25,412 bases of DNA from an uncultured Anaerolineales bacterium (GTDB lineage: Bacteria; Chloroflexota; Anaerolineae; UBA7937), in NCBI GenBank assembly GCA_964442805.1, contig CAYUAM010000001.1, positions 1 through 25,412 on the forward strand. Reading direction: 5' to 3'. The notes under the pieces were generated by a model that worked only from the letters and a program-made list of their open reading frames with translations, made no database searches and was not told the origin of the DNA. Within the stretch, counting starts at the first letter, position 1, and each line of letters starts with the position of its first letter. Shown here in pieces: positions 8,213 to 16,533 of this stretch. The position numbers and the translations under genes are program-made.

Positions 8213-9034
8213 ATGGCTTTAGACAGGCGGAGGATCCGTTCAGCAGGTCGGACCACTGGCAGTGTGGAAATCACATTGCCGGTGGAGTTGCAAGTTCTGG
8301 AGGGCATTGAGTGTGAAGTGTTGGTGAGGGATGGGGTCAGACCAGAGATCGTTCTGCGGCCTAACGTTGAGGTCGCTCAAGCGCTCTTTGCCAACCTGTG
8401 GCAGCGGTTGAGGCTTGGCTTGCAGAGAGTTGGGGAGATCGGGGATTTCGACCTGAGCGATTTTAACGTGGCACTTCTGCCCCCACGCCATTGGTACGAC
8501 AAACCGCCTCTCTCCTACCAAGACGCCCTCGCAATCCTTTCCCATTTGAAAGAGAATAGAGGTTCCGCACGGGTCAACAACAGTGATGCCATGTTGCGTT
8601 TGGTGACCTTTCTGGCCGTAAACGCTGGCTATAGACTAGGTTTGAAAGGGCGATTTGCCATGGCTTTCGGCGATGCCGTTGGCTATTTGGTCTCTGGGGT
8701 GGGCAGCGGGCAGGGCACCGATTTTGAGCGCGACGTGGCTCTCTCTGCCTTTGGTGGTGAGGAGAAAGTAGCAGCAGGACAGATCGGTCCCCTCTCCTTT
8801 GATGGCCGGTGGGAGGAGGCAGGGGAAGGTCTAGAAAGGGTCTTCGCCCAGTTTTGGGAATGGCAAGAGGATCCAGAGCGATATGAAGAGGCCCGTAAGC
8901 GTTGGTGGAAAGCCATGACCAGGGTGGAAATAGGGGTATCCATTTCTACCCTTGAGGACTATCTGCAGCGGGCCAAGTCTCGGGACCAAAGTCATGAGGC
9001 GGACACTCCTCTCAGGGAGTCACCGTCGGTGTGA
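8213..9034 (+). CDS. Hypothetical protein with AbrB/MazE-like N-terminus (putative regulator)
   Basis: ATG 8213 with RBS GGAG. N-terminus RRIRSAGRTTGSVEITLPVEL resembles swapped-hairpin DNA-binding domains; the rest is not recognised. Confidence 0.6.
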   Translation: MALDRRRIRSAGRTTGSVEITLPVELQVLEGIECEVLVRDGVRPEIVLRPNVEVAQALFANLWQRLRLGLQRVGEIGDFDLSDFNVALLPPRHWYDKPPLSYQDALAILSHLKENRGSARVNNSDAMLRLVTFLAVNAGYRLGLKGRFAMAFGDAVGYLVSGVGSGQGTDFERDVALSAFGGEEKVAAGQIGPLSFDGRWEEAGEGLERVFAQFWEWQEDPERYEEARKRWWKAMTRVEIGVSISTLEDYLQRAKSRDQSHEADTPLRESPSV

Positions 9035-9056
9035 AGCAAGAGAAAGGAGGTGAAAG

Positions 9057-9596
9057 GTGGCTGACGAAAGAAGGAAGAGAGAAACAAGAATATCTGAGGA
9101 TGACACCAGCATCGGTCTAGGCCTTGGTGGCCTCTTCAAGGGGCTAGGCAACTTCATCGAGTTGCTATCCGAGATGGTCGAGGAGGGAGAATCTGAGATT
9201 ACCCGCCAGGGAGAATTCAAGATCAAAGGCCTGGAGAAGGCGCGAGGGGTCTATGGATTCACTGTGAAAACTGGCCTGGGCGGTATTCCTCGTGTCGAGT
9301 CTTTCGGCAACATTCGAGAGACGGAGAGAGGGCCCATAGTTACTGAGACGCGAGAACCCTTAGTCGATATTTTCGATGAAGGGGAAGTGATCCTCGTGCT
9401 GGTGGAATTGCCCGGAGTAGACGAGGAGGAGATAGAGGTCGATCTTCAGGGTGACGTCCTTTCCCTCTCCACCAAGGGGGAGAGGAAATACGTCAAGGAG
9501 ATGTTGCTTCCGCATCTTGTCGACCCGGCGACACTGACTACCAGTTACAGGAACGGGATCCTAGAACTGCGGGTCAACAAGGCGAAAGGTGGCTAG
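9057..9596 (+). CDS. hsp20: Hsp20/alpha-crystallin small heat shock protein, archaeal type (GvpH-like)
   Basis: GTG start with RBS AGGAGGTG; motifs VYGFTVK...FGNIR...REPLVDIFDEG...VELPGV...YRNGILE. Confidence 0.9.
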   Translation: MADERRKRETRISEDDTSIGLGLGGLFKGLGNFIELLSEMVEEGESEITRQGEFKIKGLEKARGVYGFTVKTGLGGIPRVESFGNIRETERGPIVTETREPLVDIFDEGEVILVLVELPGVDEEEIEVDLQGDVLSLSTKGERKYVKEMLLPHLVDPATLTTSYRNGILELRVNKAKGG

Positions 9597-9659
9597 ATCG
9601 AACGGAAAGAGCGTGGCTATAAAGGTCGGGATAGTTCTCCCTTCTCTAGGTGTAAGGGT

Positions 9660-10331
9660 ATGAGAAAACTTCTCTACATCCCCTTGATCCATGGCAGCGC
9701 AGACCTGGGCAGCGTGGCTTCGAGTGTGGATGAGAAGGGCTTAGCCATACATGGGGAGGAGAGATGGGAGGAACACAAGCGAACCATCTCCGGATTCTGG
9801 GATTCTATAGAGAGTTGTATGGATTCCCTAGACGTCACTGATTTCCAGATTTATCAGGATGGCCTAGCCGCCGATGGCTCCTTGGGCCAGAGGGTCGTAA
9901 AAGATACAGCCAGAAAGGGCAGCCGGAACTACCAAATAGTGGAGAGACTCATGGCTAGGGGGGCAGAGATAGTGAAGACCGAGGATATCTCCACGGTCCT
10001 CAAGGAGGTGGAACTCATCAAGAAGATAGCCCAATCCAAGTCAGTCCCGGGGCGATTGTTCGCAGCCCTGAAGTATGAACTGGCCAGGAAGAGGCTACTT
10101 GAGGAGAGAGACGAGTTCATAGCCAAGACCATCAACCATAGCCTGAAGCGCAACGGCATCCTCTTCATCGGCGCCTTCCACAATGTGATTCCTAAACTAG
10201 CCAGCGATATCGTCGTGGAGGAGGTCAAGGCCAAGGAGAAGGTGGAGGAGTATCAGAGGAGTTTCCTTCTCAGGGGGAAACAAGAAGGGGTGGAGGAACT
10301 GTCCAGATATCTGGTGGCTCCTGTGGAGTGA
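9660..10331 (+). CDS. Hypothetical protein between hsp20 and cdc48
   Basis: 223-aa ORF in operon orientation with codon style like its neighbours; motifs YIPLIHGSADLGS, IYQDGL, ILFIGAFH. Family not identified. Confidence 0.75.
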   Translation: MRKLLYIPLIHGSADLGSVASSVDEKGLAIHGEERWEEHKRTISGFWDSIESCMDSLDVTDFQIYQDGLAADGSLGQRVVKDTARKGSRNYQIVERLMARGAEIVKTEDISTVLKEVELIKKIAQSKSVPGRLFAALKYELARKRLLEERDEFIAKTINHSLKRNGILFIGAFHNVIPKLASDIVVEEVKAKEKVEEYQRSFLLRGKQEGVEELSRYLVAPVE

Positions 10332-10419
10332 TCTCCTTTTCTTGTTTGCTTAAAAGATGGATGGGAGGTGCGGGTATGCAAATGATGGGGATAACGGGAT
10401 GTGGAGGAGGGAGGTTCCC

Positions 10420-12591
10420 ATGACTAGGAAGGACAAAAAAGAAGAGGGGGTCCTGACTTTGCGGGTTGCAGAAGGGCAGAGCAAGGATGTTGGAAGGGGC
10501 ATTGCCCGCATCGACCCCCAGGATTTCGAGAGGATCGGGGCGGCGATCGGCGATATCGTCGCTATCACCGGGAAGAGAACGACCGTGGCCAAGATCATGC
10601 CTGCCTATCACGCCGACCGAGGAAAAGGCATCGTGCAGATCGACGGCATAATTCGAGAGAACGCTCAAGCCAGTCTAGACGAAAAGGTCCGTATTCACAA
10701 GGTTGATCACCAGATAGCCAAGCAGCTCACCTTGGCCCCTCTGGGCTCGGGGCGGACTCTGCCTCGAGGGTCGGATAGCCGCTACGTTGGAAGGTTGCTC
10801 GAAGGGCTAGTTATCACTGAAGGGGATCGGGTTCGCGTCAACCTCTTCGGTACCCGCTCCGTGGATTTCACCGTGACCGATACCTCTCCTGAGGGCATGG
10901 TTATGGTGGCAGCAGCCACGATCACCAAGATCGAGGGGGAAGGGGCGGAGAGGGAGCGGGGGCTGAAGGTCTCCTATGAGGATATTGGGGGGCTGGGCAA
11001 GGAGATTCACCGCATCCGAGAGATGATCGAGTTGCCATTGAAATACCCTGAGGTCTTCGATCGGTTGGGCATCGAAGCACCAAAGGGCGTCTTGCTACAT
11101 GGCCCTCCGGGCTGCGGCAAGACCCTTATCGCCCGCGCCGTGGCCTCGGAAACATCTGCTCATTTCTTTCCCGTCAACGGCCCGGAGATCATCCACAAGT
11201 TCTACGGTGAGAGCGAGGCGCACCTACGGGAGATCTTCGAGCAAGCGAGCCGCAATGCGCCGAGCATCATCTTCCTAGATGAGATCGACGCTATCGCTCC
11301 CAAACGGGAGGAGGTACATGGCGAGGTGGAGAAACGGGTGGTGGCCCAGCTTTTGGCCCTGATGGATGGCTTGAAGTCCCGAGGCGAAGTGATAGTCATC
11401 GGGGCCACCAACATCCCGAACTCTTTGGACTCTGCTCTACGTCGTCCAGGCCGCTTCGACCGGGAGATCACCATCAGCATCCCGGACAAGAATGGCCGTC
11501 TGGAGATATTGGAGATACACACTAGAGGAATGCCCCTTGCTGATGATGTGGATCTGGAAAGACTGGCCGAGATCACCCACGGCTTCGTGGGAGCTGACCT
11601 GGAGGCTTTGTGCCGCGAAGCGGCCATGATCACCTTGCGTCAACTGATGCCGGATATCGACTTCGCTAAGTCTCACATCCCCTACGAGCGGCTGCTGGAA
11701 TTAGAGGTGACCATGGACAATTTCCTGACCGCTCTAGGAGAGGTCGAACCATCGGCCATCCGTGAGGTCTTCACTGAGGTTCCCGATGTCAGATGGGAGG
11801 ACATTGGGGGCTTGGAGGAGGTCAAGGAGATACTGAAGGAAACTGTTGAATGGCCTCTCAAGTACCCTGAGCTCTTCGCACAGGCCAAGACCGCGCCGCC
11901 TAAAGGGATACTTCTGTACGGGCCGCCGGGCACAGGCAAGACGCTTTTGGCCAAAGGGGTAGCCAACGAAAGCGAAGTGAATTTCATCTCCGTCAAGGGC
12001 CCGGCGCTCATGTCTAAGTGGATGGGGGAGAGCGAAAAGGGGGTGCGTGAGGTATTTAAGAAGGCCCGGCAAGCAGCACCCTGTATCATCTTCTTCGACG
12101 AGATCGATGCCCTAGCCCCCATACGGGGCTATGGCGGCGGAGACTCCCATGTGGCTGAGCGGGTGGTCAGCCAGTTTTTGACGGAGATGGACGGCATTGA
12201 GGAACTGAAAGGGGTAATCGTCTTGGCCGCCACTAACCGTTTGGACATCATCGACCCAGCATTGTTACGTCCTGGCAGGTTCGATGTGCTCATCGAGTTG
12301 CCCCTCCCCGACCGTGAGGCCCGTGAGGCGATCTTCAAGATCCATACCAAGGACAAACCCCTGGCTTCCGATGTTGACCTGAGGATCTTGACGGATATGA
12401 CCGAGGGCTCAGTGGGAGCGGACATCGAATCGATCTGTCGCCAGGCCTCGATGTTAGCCATTCGAGAGTTTCTCAATGAGGAGGTCGACTCTAAATCGTA
12501 TGAGAGTTTTCAGATCACCATGCGACATTTCCGCCAGGCGATAGAAATGGCCGGGAAACTGGCCTCGCCGGGACCATTGACGAAGGGTTAG
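10420..12591 (+). CDS. cdc48: CDC48/p97/VAT-family double AAA+ ATPase
   Basis: ATG 10420 with RBS GGAGG. N-domain [18 protein letters not shown]; Walker A GPPGCGKT and GPPGTGKT; Walker B FLDEID and FFDEID; two RPGRFD arginine-finger motifs. Confidence 0.96.
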   Translation: MTRKDKKEEGVLTLRVAEGQSKDVGRGIARIDPQDFERIGAAIGDIVAITGKRTTVAKIMPAYHADRGKGIVQIDGIIRENAQASLDEKVRIHKVDHQIAKQLTLAPLGSGRTLPRGSDSRYVGRLLEGLVITEGDRVRVNLFGTRSVDFTVTDTSPEGMVMVAAATITKIEGEGAERERGLKVSYEDIGGLGKEIHRIREMIELPLKYPEVFDRLGIEAPKGVLLHGPPGCGKTLIARAVASETSAHFFPVNGPEIIHKFYGESEAHLREIFEQASRNAPSIIFLDEIDAIAPKREEVHGEVEKRVVAQLLALMDGLKSRGEVIVIGATNIPNSLDSALRRPGRFDREITISIPDKNGRLEILEIHTRGMPLADDVDLERLAEITHGFVGADLEALCREAAMITLRQLMPDIDFAKSHIPYERLLELEVTMDNFLTALGEVEPSAIREVFTEVPDVRWEDIGGLEEVKEILKETVEWPLKYPELFAQAKTAPPKGILLYGPPGTGKTLLAKGVANESEVNFISVKGPALMSKWMGESEKGVREVFKKARQAAPCIIFFDEIDALAPIRGYGGGDSHVAERVVSQFLTEMDGIEELKGVIVLAATNRLDIIDPALLRPGRFDVLIELPLPDREAREAIFKIHTKDKPLASDVDLRILTDMTEGSVGADIESICRQASMLAIREFLNEEVDSKSYESFQITMRHFRQAIEMAGKLASPGPLTKG

Positions 12592-12617
12592 ACATAGGGA
12601 AGAGTTTGTGGTATAAT
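12589..12617 (+). promoter_or_regulatory. Strong sigma70-type promoter P1 at the end of cdc48
   Basis: TAGACA-17 bp-TATAAT with extended TG. Confidence 0.8.
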
Positions 12618-12623
12618 GTTATT

Positions 12624-12830
12624 GGTATTTCTTCCATTTTTGAGATTAGATATCTTGCTTGTTAGGGTCAGATCCTCGAGATCTAGTGAGGTCGATGAGA
12701 CAGCGTTGGTGTTGAGTGCGCCCCTTCCTGGAGGAAGGTGTCTACCCCAGCGATGACGACTCTCGCCAGGAAGGTCTTTTCGAGGGTCTGACGGAGTGAC
12801 CCCGTCGCAAAGACGGGGTCACTCATTTTT
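12624..12830 (+). ncRNA. Putative structured ncRNA or leader, unit 1 (unassigned family)
   Basis: Lies between promoter P1 and a terminator. 15-bp closing stem 12667-12681/12778-12792 plus nested stems; no credible ORF. Confidence 0.55.
12794..12830 (+). terminator. Intrinsic terminator
   Basis: Perfect 13-bp stem GAGTGACCCCGTC / GACGGGGTCACTC, then ATTTTT. Confidence 0.85.
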
Positions 12831-12933
12831 GGAACCGAAGGCCGTGTATGGGAGAGTGCGTTTTCTTAACCACTTCCGGGTCCGTTATCTTTCGCTGGGC
12901 ATTGGAATTTACGGAAAATTTACGCATAGCCCA

Positions 12934-12962
12934 TTGACACCTCAGTAAGAAGGTGGTAAGAT
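12934..12962 (+). promoter_or_regulatory. sigma70-type promoter P2
   Basis: TTGACA-17 bp-TAAGAT with extended TG; preceded by AATTTACG x2 at 11-bp period (12906-12924). Confidence 0.75.
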
Positions 12963-12968
12963 TATAGA

Positions 12969-13290
12969 TGAATTTGATGAATTTGAGGACTTCCTCTCAT
13001 GACAAAATAGACCCTCTGAAAGGGGAGGGGTGAAGCCAGGGGTGTAAGATGAAAGCAGGCTAGGGTAACCAGCCAGATTACCGCCGCGGGCTCGGCGGCG
13101 AAGAGGATGCTTCGTCAATCTCTTCTGGTGTGGTTGTCCTTCGGTTGGCTTTCTAGTGGGGGAGAGTGCTTCGTGTTAAGGAGTCTGACAAGTACCTCAT
13201 TGAATCTGTGCACTCCTTACTCGGTTAGCTCATTTTGCAGAGGTTTTGAGCCATCTTGACCTTATTGGGTTGAGATGGCTCTTTTTCTTT
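12969..13290 (+). ncRNA. Putative structured ncRNA or leader, unit 2 (unassigned family)
   Basis: Lies between promoter P2 and a terminator. Multibranch pairing: 12993-13010/13229-13243, 13032-13039/13145-13152, 13062-13077/13124-13140, 13177-13184/13212-13219. Confidence 0.55.
13248..13290 (+). terminator. Intrinsic terminator upstream of gvpA
   Basis: GAGCCATCTTGACC / GGTTGAGATGGCTC (14 bp with G-U pairs), then TTTTCTTT. Confidence 0.85.
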
Positions 13291-13507
13291 GAAAGCGGGG
13301 AGTAAAAGGAAAGGGCTGACCGGGGATCAGCCCTCCCGAGGAGAATCGGGCTAAACCATTGCTCAGCATTTGCCAGGCCGGTAATGGATCACCCATCGGC
13401 TATACTCAGGAGGTGTGATTATCCTCCTGGTGCCCTCTCCCCAGGAATTATTCTATCACAGTTTAGTCTAAAAGTAAAGGATTACGGACGAAAGGAGGTG
13501 AGAAGAG

Positions 13508-13720
13508 GTGGCAGTGGAGAAGGCTATCGCGTCCTCGAGCCTGGTCGAAGTTGTCGACCGGGTCTTGGACAAGGGGATCGTGATTGATGCTTGGGCCAGG
13601 ATCTCCCTGGTGGGCATCGAGATACTAGCCCTCGAGGCCAGGGTCGTGGTCGCTGGGGTAGACACCTTCCTCAAGTACGCCGAGGCCATCGGCTTGACGC
13701 CGCTGGCTGCACCGGCCTAG
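13508..13720 (+). CDS. gvpA: Major gas vesicle structural protein GvpA, copy 1
   Basis: 70 aa, [56 protein letters not shown]; GTG start with RBS AGGAGGTG. Confidence 0.98.
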   Translation: MAVEKAIASSSLVEVVDRVLDKGIVIDAWARISLVGIEILALEARVVVAGVDTFLKYAEAIGLTPLAAPA

Positions 13721-13797
13721 AACCTTCCTGGGGCTTGAGGGATCACAAATTTACCCAGGAGCCTTCGCTCCTAGGGGAGGAAAGGAGGTGAGAAGAA

Positions 13798-14010
13798 ATG
13801 GCAGTGGAGAAGGCTATCGGGTCCTCGAGCCTGGTCGAAGTTATCGACCGGGTCTTGGACAAGGGGATCGTGATCGATGCTTGGGCCAGGATCTCCCTGG
13901 TGGGCATCGAGATACTAGCCCTCGAGGCCAGGGTCGTGGTCGCTGGGGTAGACACCTTCCTCAAGTACGCTGAAGCCATCGGCTTAACCCCCTTGGCTGC
14001 TCCGGCGTAG
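13798..14010 (+). CDS. gvpA: Major gas vesicle structural protein GvpA, copy 2
   Basis: 68/70 aa identical to copy 1; the RBS region is duplicated as well. Confidence 0.98.
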   Translation: MAVEKAIGSSSLVEVIDRVLDKGIVIDAWARISLVGIEILALEARVVVAGVDTFLKYAEAIGLTPLAAPA

Positions 14011-14038
14011 GGGTAGGGAGCAAGCATCAGATCCCCAA

Positions 14039-14119
14039 CTTGCGGGCGGCGTCGAGGGCCGCCAGGTCAGCCCGGTGGTGCTCGATGACAGAGGCCGGCC
14101 TCGACGTCCGCCTCGCAGG
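14039..14119 (+). other. Long GC-rich stem-loop after gvpA2
   Basis: Nested pairs CTTGCG/CGCAGG, GGCGG/CCGCC, CGTCGAGG/CCTCGACG. Confidence 0.65.
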
Positions 14120-14181
14120 TGCAAGATTGCGAAGTAGAGAATCCCCCAGGGGACGAGGAGATATATGAAAGAGGTGAAAAG

Positions 14182-14730
14182 ATGCTTTTCGCAGAAGAGA
14201 TGCAAGAGTTGGCTGAAGGGATCGTGGCCTCGAAGCGCAGCCGCATAGAGGGGATAGCGAACCTAAAGAATGAGACCCAAAATCAGTTGGCCGGCTACAA
14301 GAGCGATCGCCAAGCCATGGCCCAGGAGTTACACGCCGGACTTGAGGCGGATAAGGCGGCTCTGATGGCTGATACCGCCACTCTGATGAAGGAACTAGGT
14401 GAACTTGACGCAGCCCGCCAGGCAGAGGTGAGGGTTGAGTTGGCCGAGGCCAGGTCTCAATTGAAGAGCGACACCGCTGCTCTGATGAAGGGACTGGGCC
14501 GAGGGACCAAGGCCCGTAGGAAGGAAGTGAAGGCCGAGTTGGCCGAGGCCAGATCTCAATTGAAGAGCGAGATCGGTGCTTTGATGAGGGAACTGAAGGC
14601 GGAGATGAAGGCGGCTCGGAGGGCCTGGCAGCAAGGGCTGCGGGCAGCGCTACGAGAGAGTAAACCGAGGCCACCGGCACGGCGAACCTCTCCACGTAAA
14701 GCCGCATCGCCGAAAGAACCGGCTGCATGA
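14182..14730 (+). CDS. gvpC: GvpC-like protein with 33-aa helical repeats
   Basis: ATG 14182 with RBS GAGGTG. Three 33-aa repeats (DNA repeat at 14437 and 14536, 99 bp apart). Lies between gvpA and gvpN. Confidence 0.8.
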   Translation: MLFAEEMQELAEGIVASKRSRIEGIANLKNETQNQLAGYKSDRQAMAQELHAGLEADKAALMADTATLMKELGELDAARQAEVRVELAEARSQLKSDTAALMKGLGRGTKARRKEVKAELAEARSQLKSEIGALMRELKAEMKAARRAWQQGLRAALRESKPRPPARRTSPRKAASPKEPAA

Positions 14731-15016
14731 GTTGAGGAGCGGAGGGGTCAGAGGTAGCGTGACCGCTTCTGTTGCCTCCTCCTTCTGGCGCTGTAGGGAG
14801 CGTTGGCTGTCCAAAGGCTGAACGCCATTCTGAGTGTCCCTCTCCTTCACTAGTGGCTTATGTTGAAGAGAATGGAGCCACCCAGCGGGTCTAGCCACCT
14901 CCCTGCAGCGCTCGGGCCCAGAGGTCTTGCCTCGAGGCCCGGGAAATCTAAGAGACGGCAAGTTAGTGTTGAGCTCTCCAGCACTCTAGAGATTAGCAAA
15001 GAAAGGGAGAAGAGTA

Positions 15017-16009
15017 ATGAGCAAAAGAGTTGAAGATTTGAGAAAGGGGGCCTTCATTGAGGAGGGGAGATTGAACGAGTTGAGGGAGCAGAGGCTAACG
15101 GAGGCGGTTCCCGGGCGACCCCCAACTCCTATAATAGAGGTCTCACCACGTTCAGGCTTCGTGGAGACCCCCTTCATCACCAGCATAACCGAACGCGCCC
15201 TAACCTACGTGGAGGGGGGCTTCCCCGTCCATTTTCGGGGACCGACGGGGTGTGGCAAGACGACCCTGGCTATCCACCTGGCCACCAAGATCGGTCGCCC
15301 CGTGATGCTCCTGGTGGGGGACGAGGAGTTTACCACCTCCGACCTAGTGGGCGGGGAGCATGGCTACCATCGTAAGCGGATCCACGACCAGTTCATCCAT
15401 TCAGTCCTGAAGACGGAGGACCGCCTCCATTACCGTTGGGTCGATAGCCAGCTCACGGTAGCCTGCCAAGAAGGGTACACCCTGGTCTACGACGAGTTCA
15501 GCCGCTCCAGGCCGGAGGCCAATAACGTCTTGTTGCCGGTGCTCGAGGAGCGGATACTGATCCTCCCCACCATCAGGAGCACTGAGGGGTATCTGCGGAT
15601 TCACCCTGACTTCACGGCCATCTTCACCTCTAACCCCATGGAATACGCTGGGGTGCATGCTAGCCAGCAGGCGCTGCTGGATCGCATGATCACCATTGAC
15701 ATCACCGACTTCGATCGGGAGACGGAACTGGCCATCACCCAGGCTCGAACGGGCGTCACCGCCGAGGAGGCGGGGAAGATAGTGGATCTGGTCAGGGGCT
15801 TCAGAAAGGCGACGAATTCCGATTCTACCCCCACGGTCAGAAGTTGCATCATGATCGGCAAGATCTTGGCCTGCCAGAACGCCAACGGGGGGAACCTCAC
15901 TTTCGGCCAGATAGTGACTGACGTTTTGGCGCGAGAGCTCAACCCTGATGGCAAGACCGACAAGGAGAGACGAAAGATACTACTCGGTCTCATCAAGAAG
16001 AGCGAGTAG
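15017..16009 (+). CDS. gvpN: Gas vesicle AAA+ ATPase GvpN
   Basis: GFPVHFRGPTGCGKTTLA, YTLVYDEFSRSRPEANNVLL, FTSNPMEYAGVH...ALLDR. Confidence 0.95.
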   Translation: MSKRVEDLRKGAFIEEGRLNELREQRLTEAVPGRPPTPIIEVSPRSGFVETPFITSITERALTYVEGGFPVHFRGPTGCGKTTLAIHLATKIGRPVMLLVGDEEFTTSDLVGGEHGYHRKRIHDQFIHSVLKTEDRLHYRWVDSQLTVACQEGYTLVYDEFSRSRPEANNVLLPVLEERILILPTIRSTEGYLRIHPDFTAIFTSNPMEYAGVHASQQALLDRMITIDITDFDRETELAITQARTGVTAEEAGKIVDLVRGFRKATNSDSTPTVRSCIMIGKILACQNANGGNLTFGQIVTDVLARELNPDGKTDKERRKILLGLIKKSE

Positions 16010-16035
16010 AGCATATCGATAAGGGGAGGAAAACA

Positions 16036-16323
16036 GTGCAGAAACAGCGGGCGTTACGAACCTTTAGACATTGCAAGGGCATGGGTAATATTCGACAGCA
16101 GCGGTCGATCCGCCACTCTATTGGGGAGGGAAGCGTTTTCCAGAAACTAGACCGCATAGCTCGGGAGGAAGAGATACTGCTCAGTAGGGCCAGACTCTGG
16201 GCCTTAAACCTGAGGCGAGAGGAAGAACAGATCGCTAACCTCGACCAGCAAAGAGATGCGATGGTAAGAGGCCTGGAACTCCTTATTAGGGAAGAGGAGG
16301 AGTTAACCTATCCCCCTCGCTAG
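16036..16323 (+). CDS. Small coiled-coil protein, GvpV-like
   Basis: 95 aa directly after gvpN. N-terminal ALRTF motif and coiled-coil C-half resemble GvpV of Serratia-type clusters as I recall them. Confidence 0.55.
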   Translation: MQKQRALRTFRHCKGMGNIRQQRSIRHSIGEGSVFQKLDRIAREEEILLSRARLWALNLRREEEQIANLDQQRDAMVRGLELLIREEEELTYPPR

Positions 16324-16450
16324 GGCGGCGTAGCGCGGATTATTTGGGGTGGTGTTCGATAAAGATGAGCGGGCACCTTCTGGGGGCTTGACCATAACAG
16401 GGGGTGTCCAAGAGGGAGCATCTCCCAATCGATTGGACGGCGTCGATTAT

Positions 16451-16492
16451 GCCTGCCTGTGTCCTGAGAGGTTGCCCGGGCAGGCTTTTTTC
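16451..16492 (+). terminator. Probable intrinsic terminator upstream of hsp20-dnaK
   Basis: GCCTGCC / GGCAGGC stem followed by T6. Confidence 0.6.
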
Positions 16493-16533
16493 AAATAACC
16501 AGGGGGTTCACCGCCCGAACGAGGAGGAAAGGG

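Noticed and set aside
13348-13390. GGGCTAAACCATTGC as a second GEMM-like aptamer start
   Set aside because: No GNRA-capped P2, no AAAGCC P3 and no 3' CTGCC segment.
14027-14728. 233-aa minus-strand ORF with repeats
   Set aside because: Antisense shadow of the repetitive gvpC.
14963-14989. TTAGTGTTG...CAGCACTCTAG as a CIRCE (HrcA) element
   Set aside because: Arm order and spacing do not fit TTAGCACTC-N9-GAGTGCTAA, and it is not upstream of the chaperone genes.
16360-16400. GATGAGCGGGCACCTT as a c-di-GMP-II riboswitch
   Set aside because: The downstream GTGCAACCG pseudoknot partner is missing.
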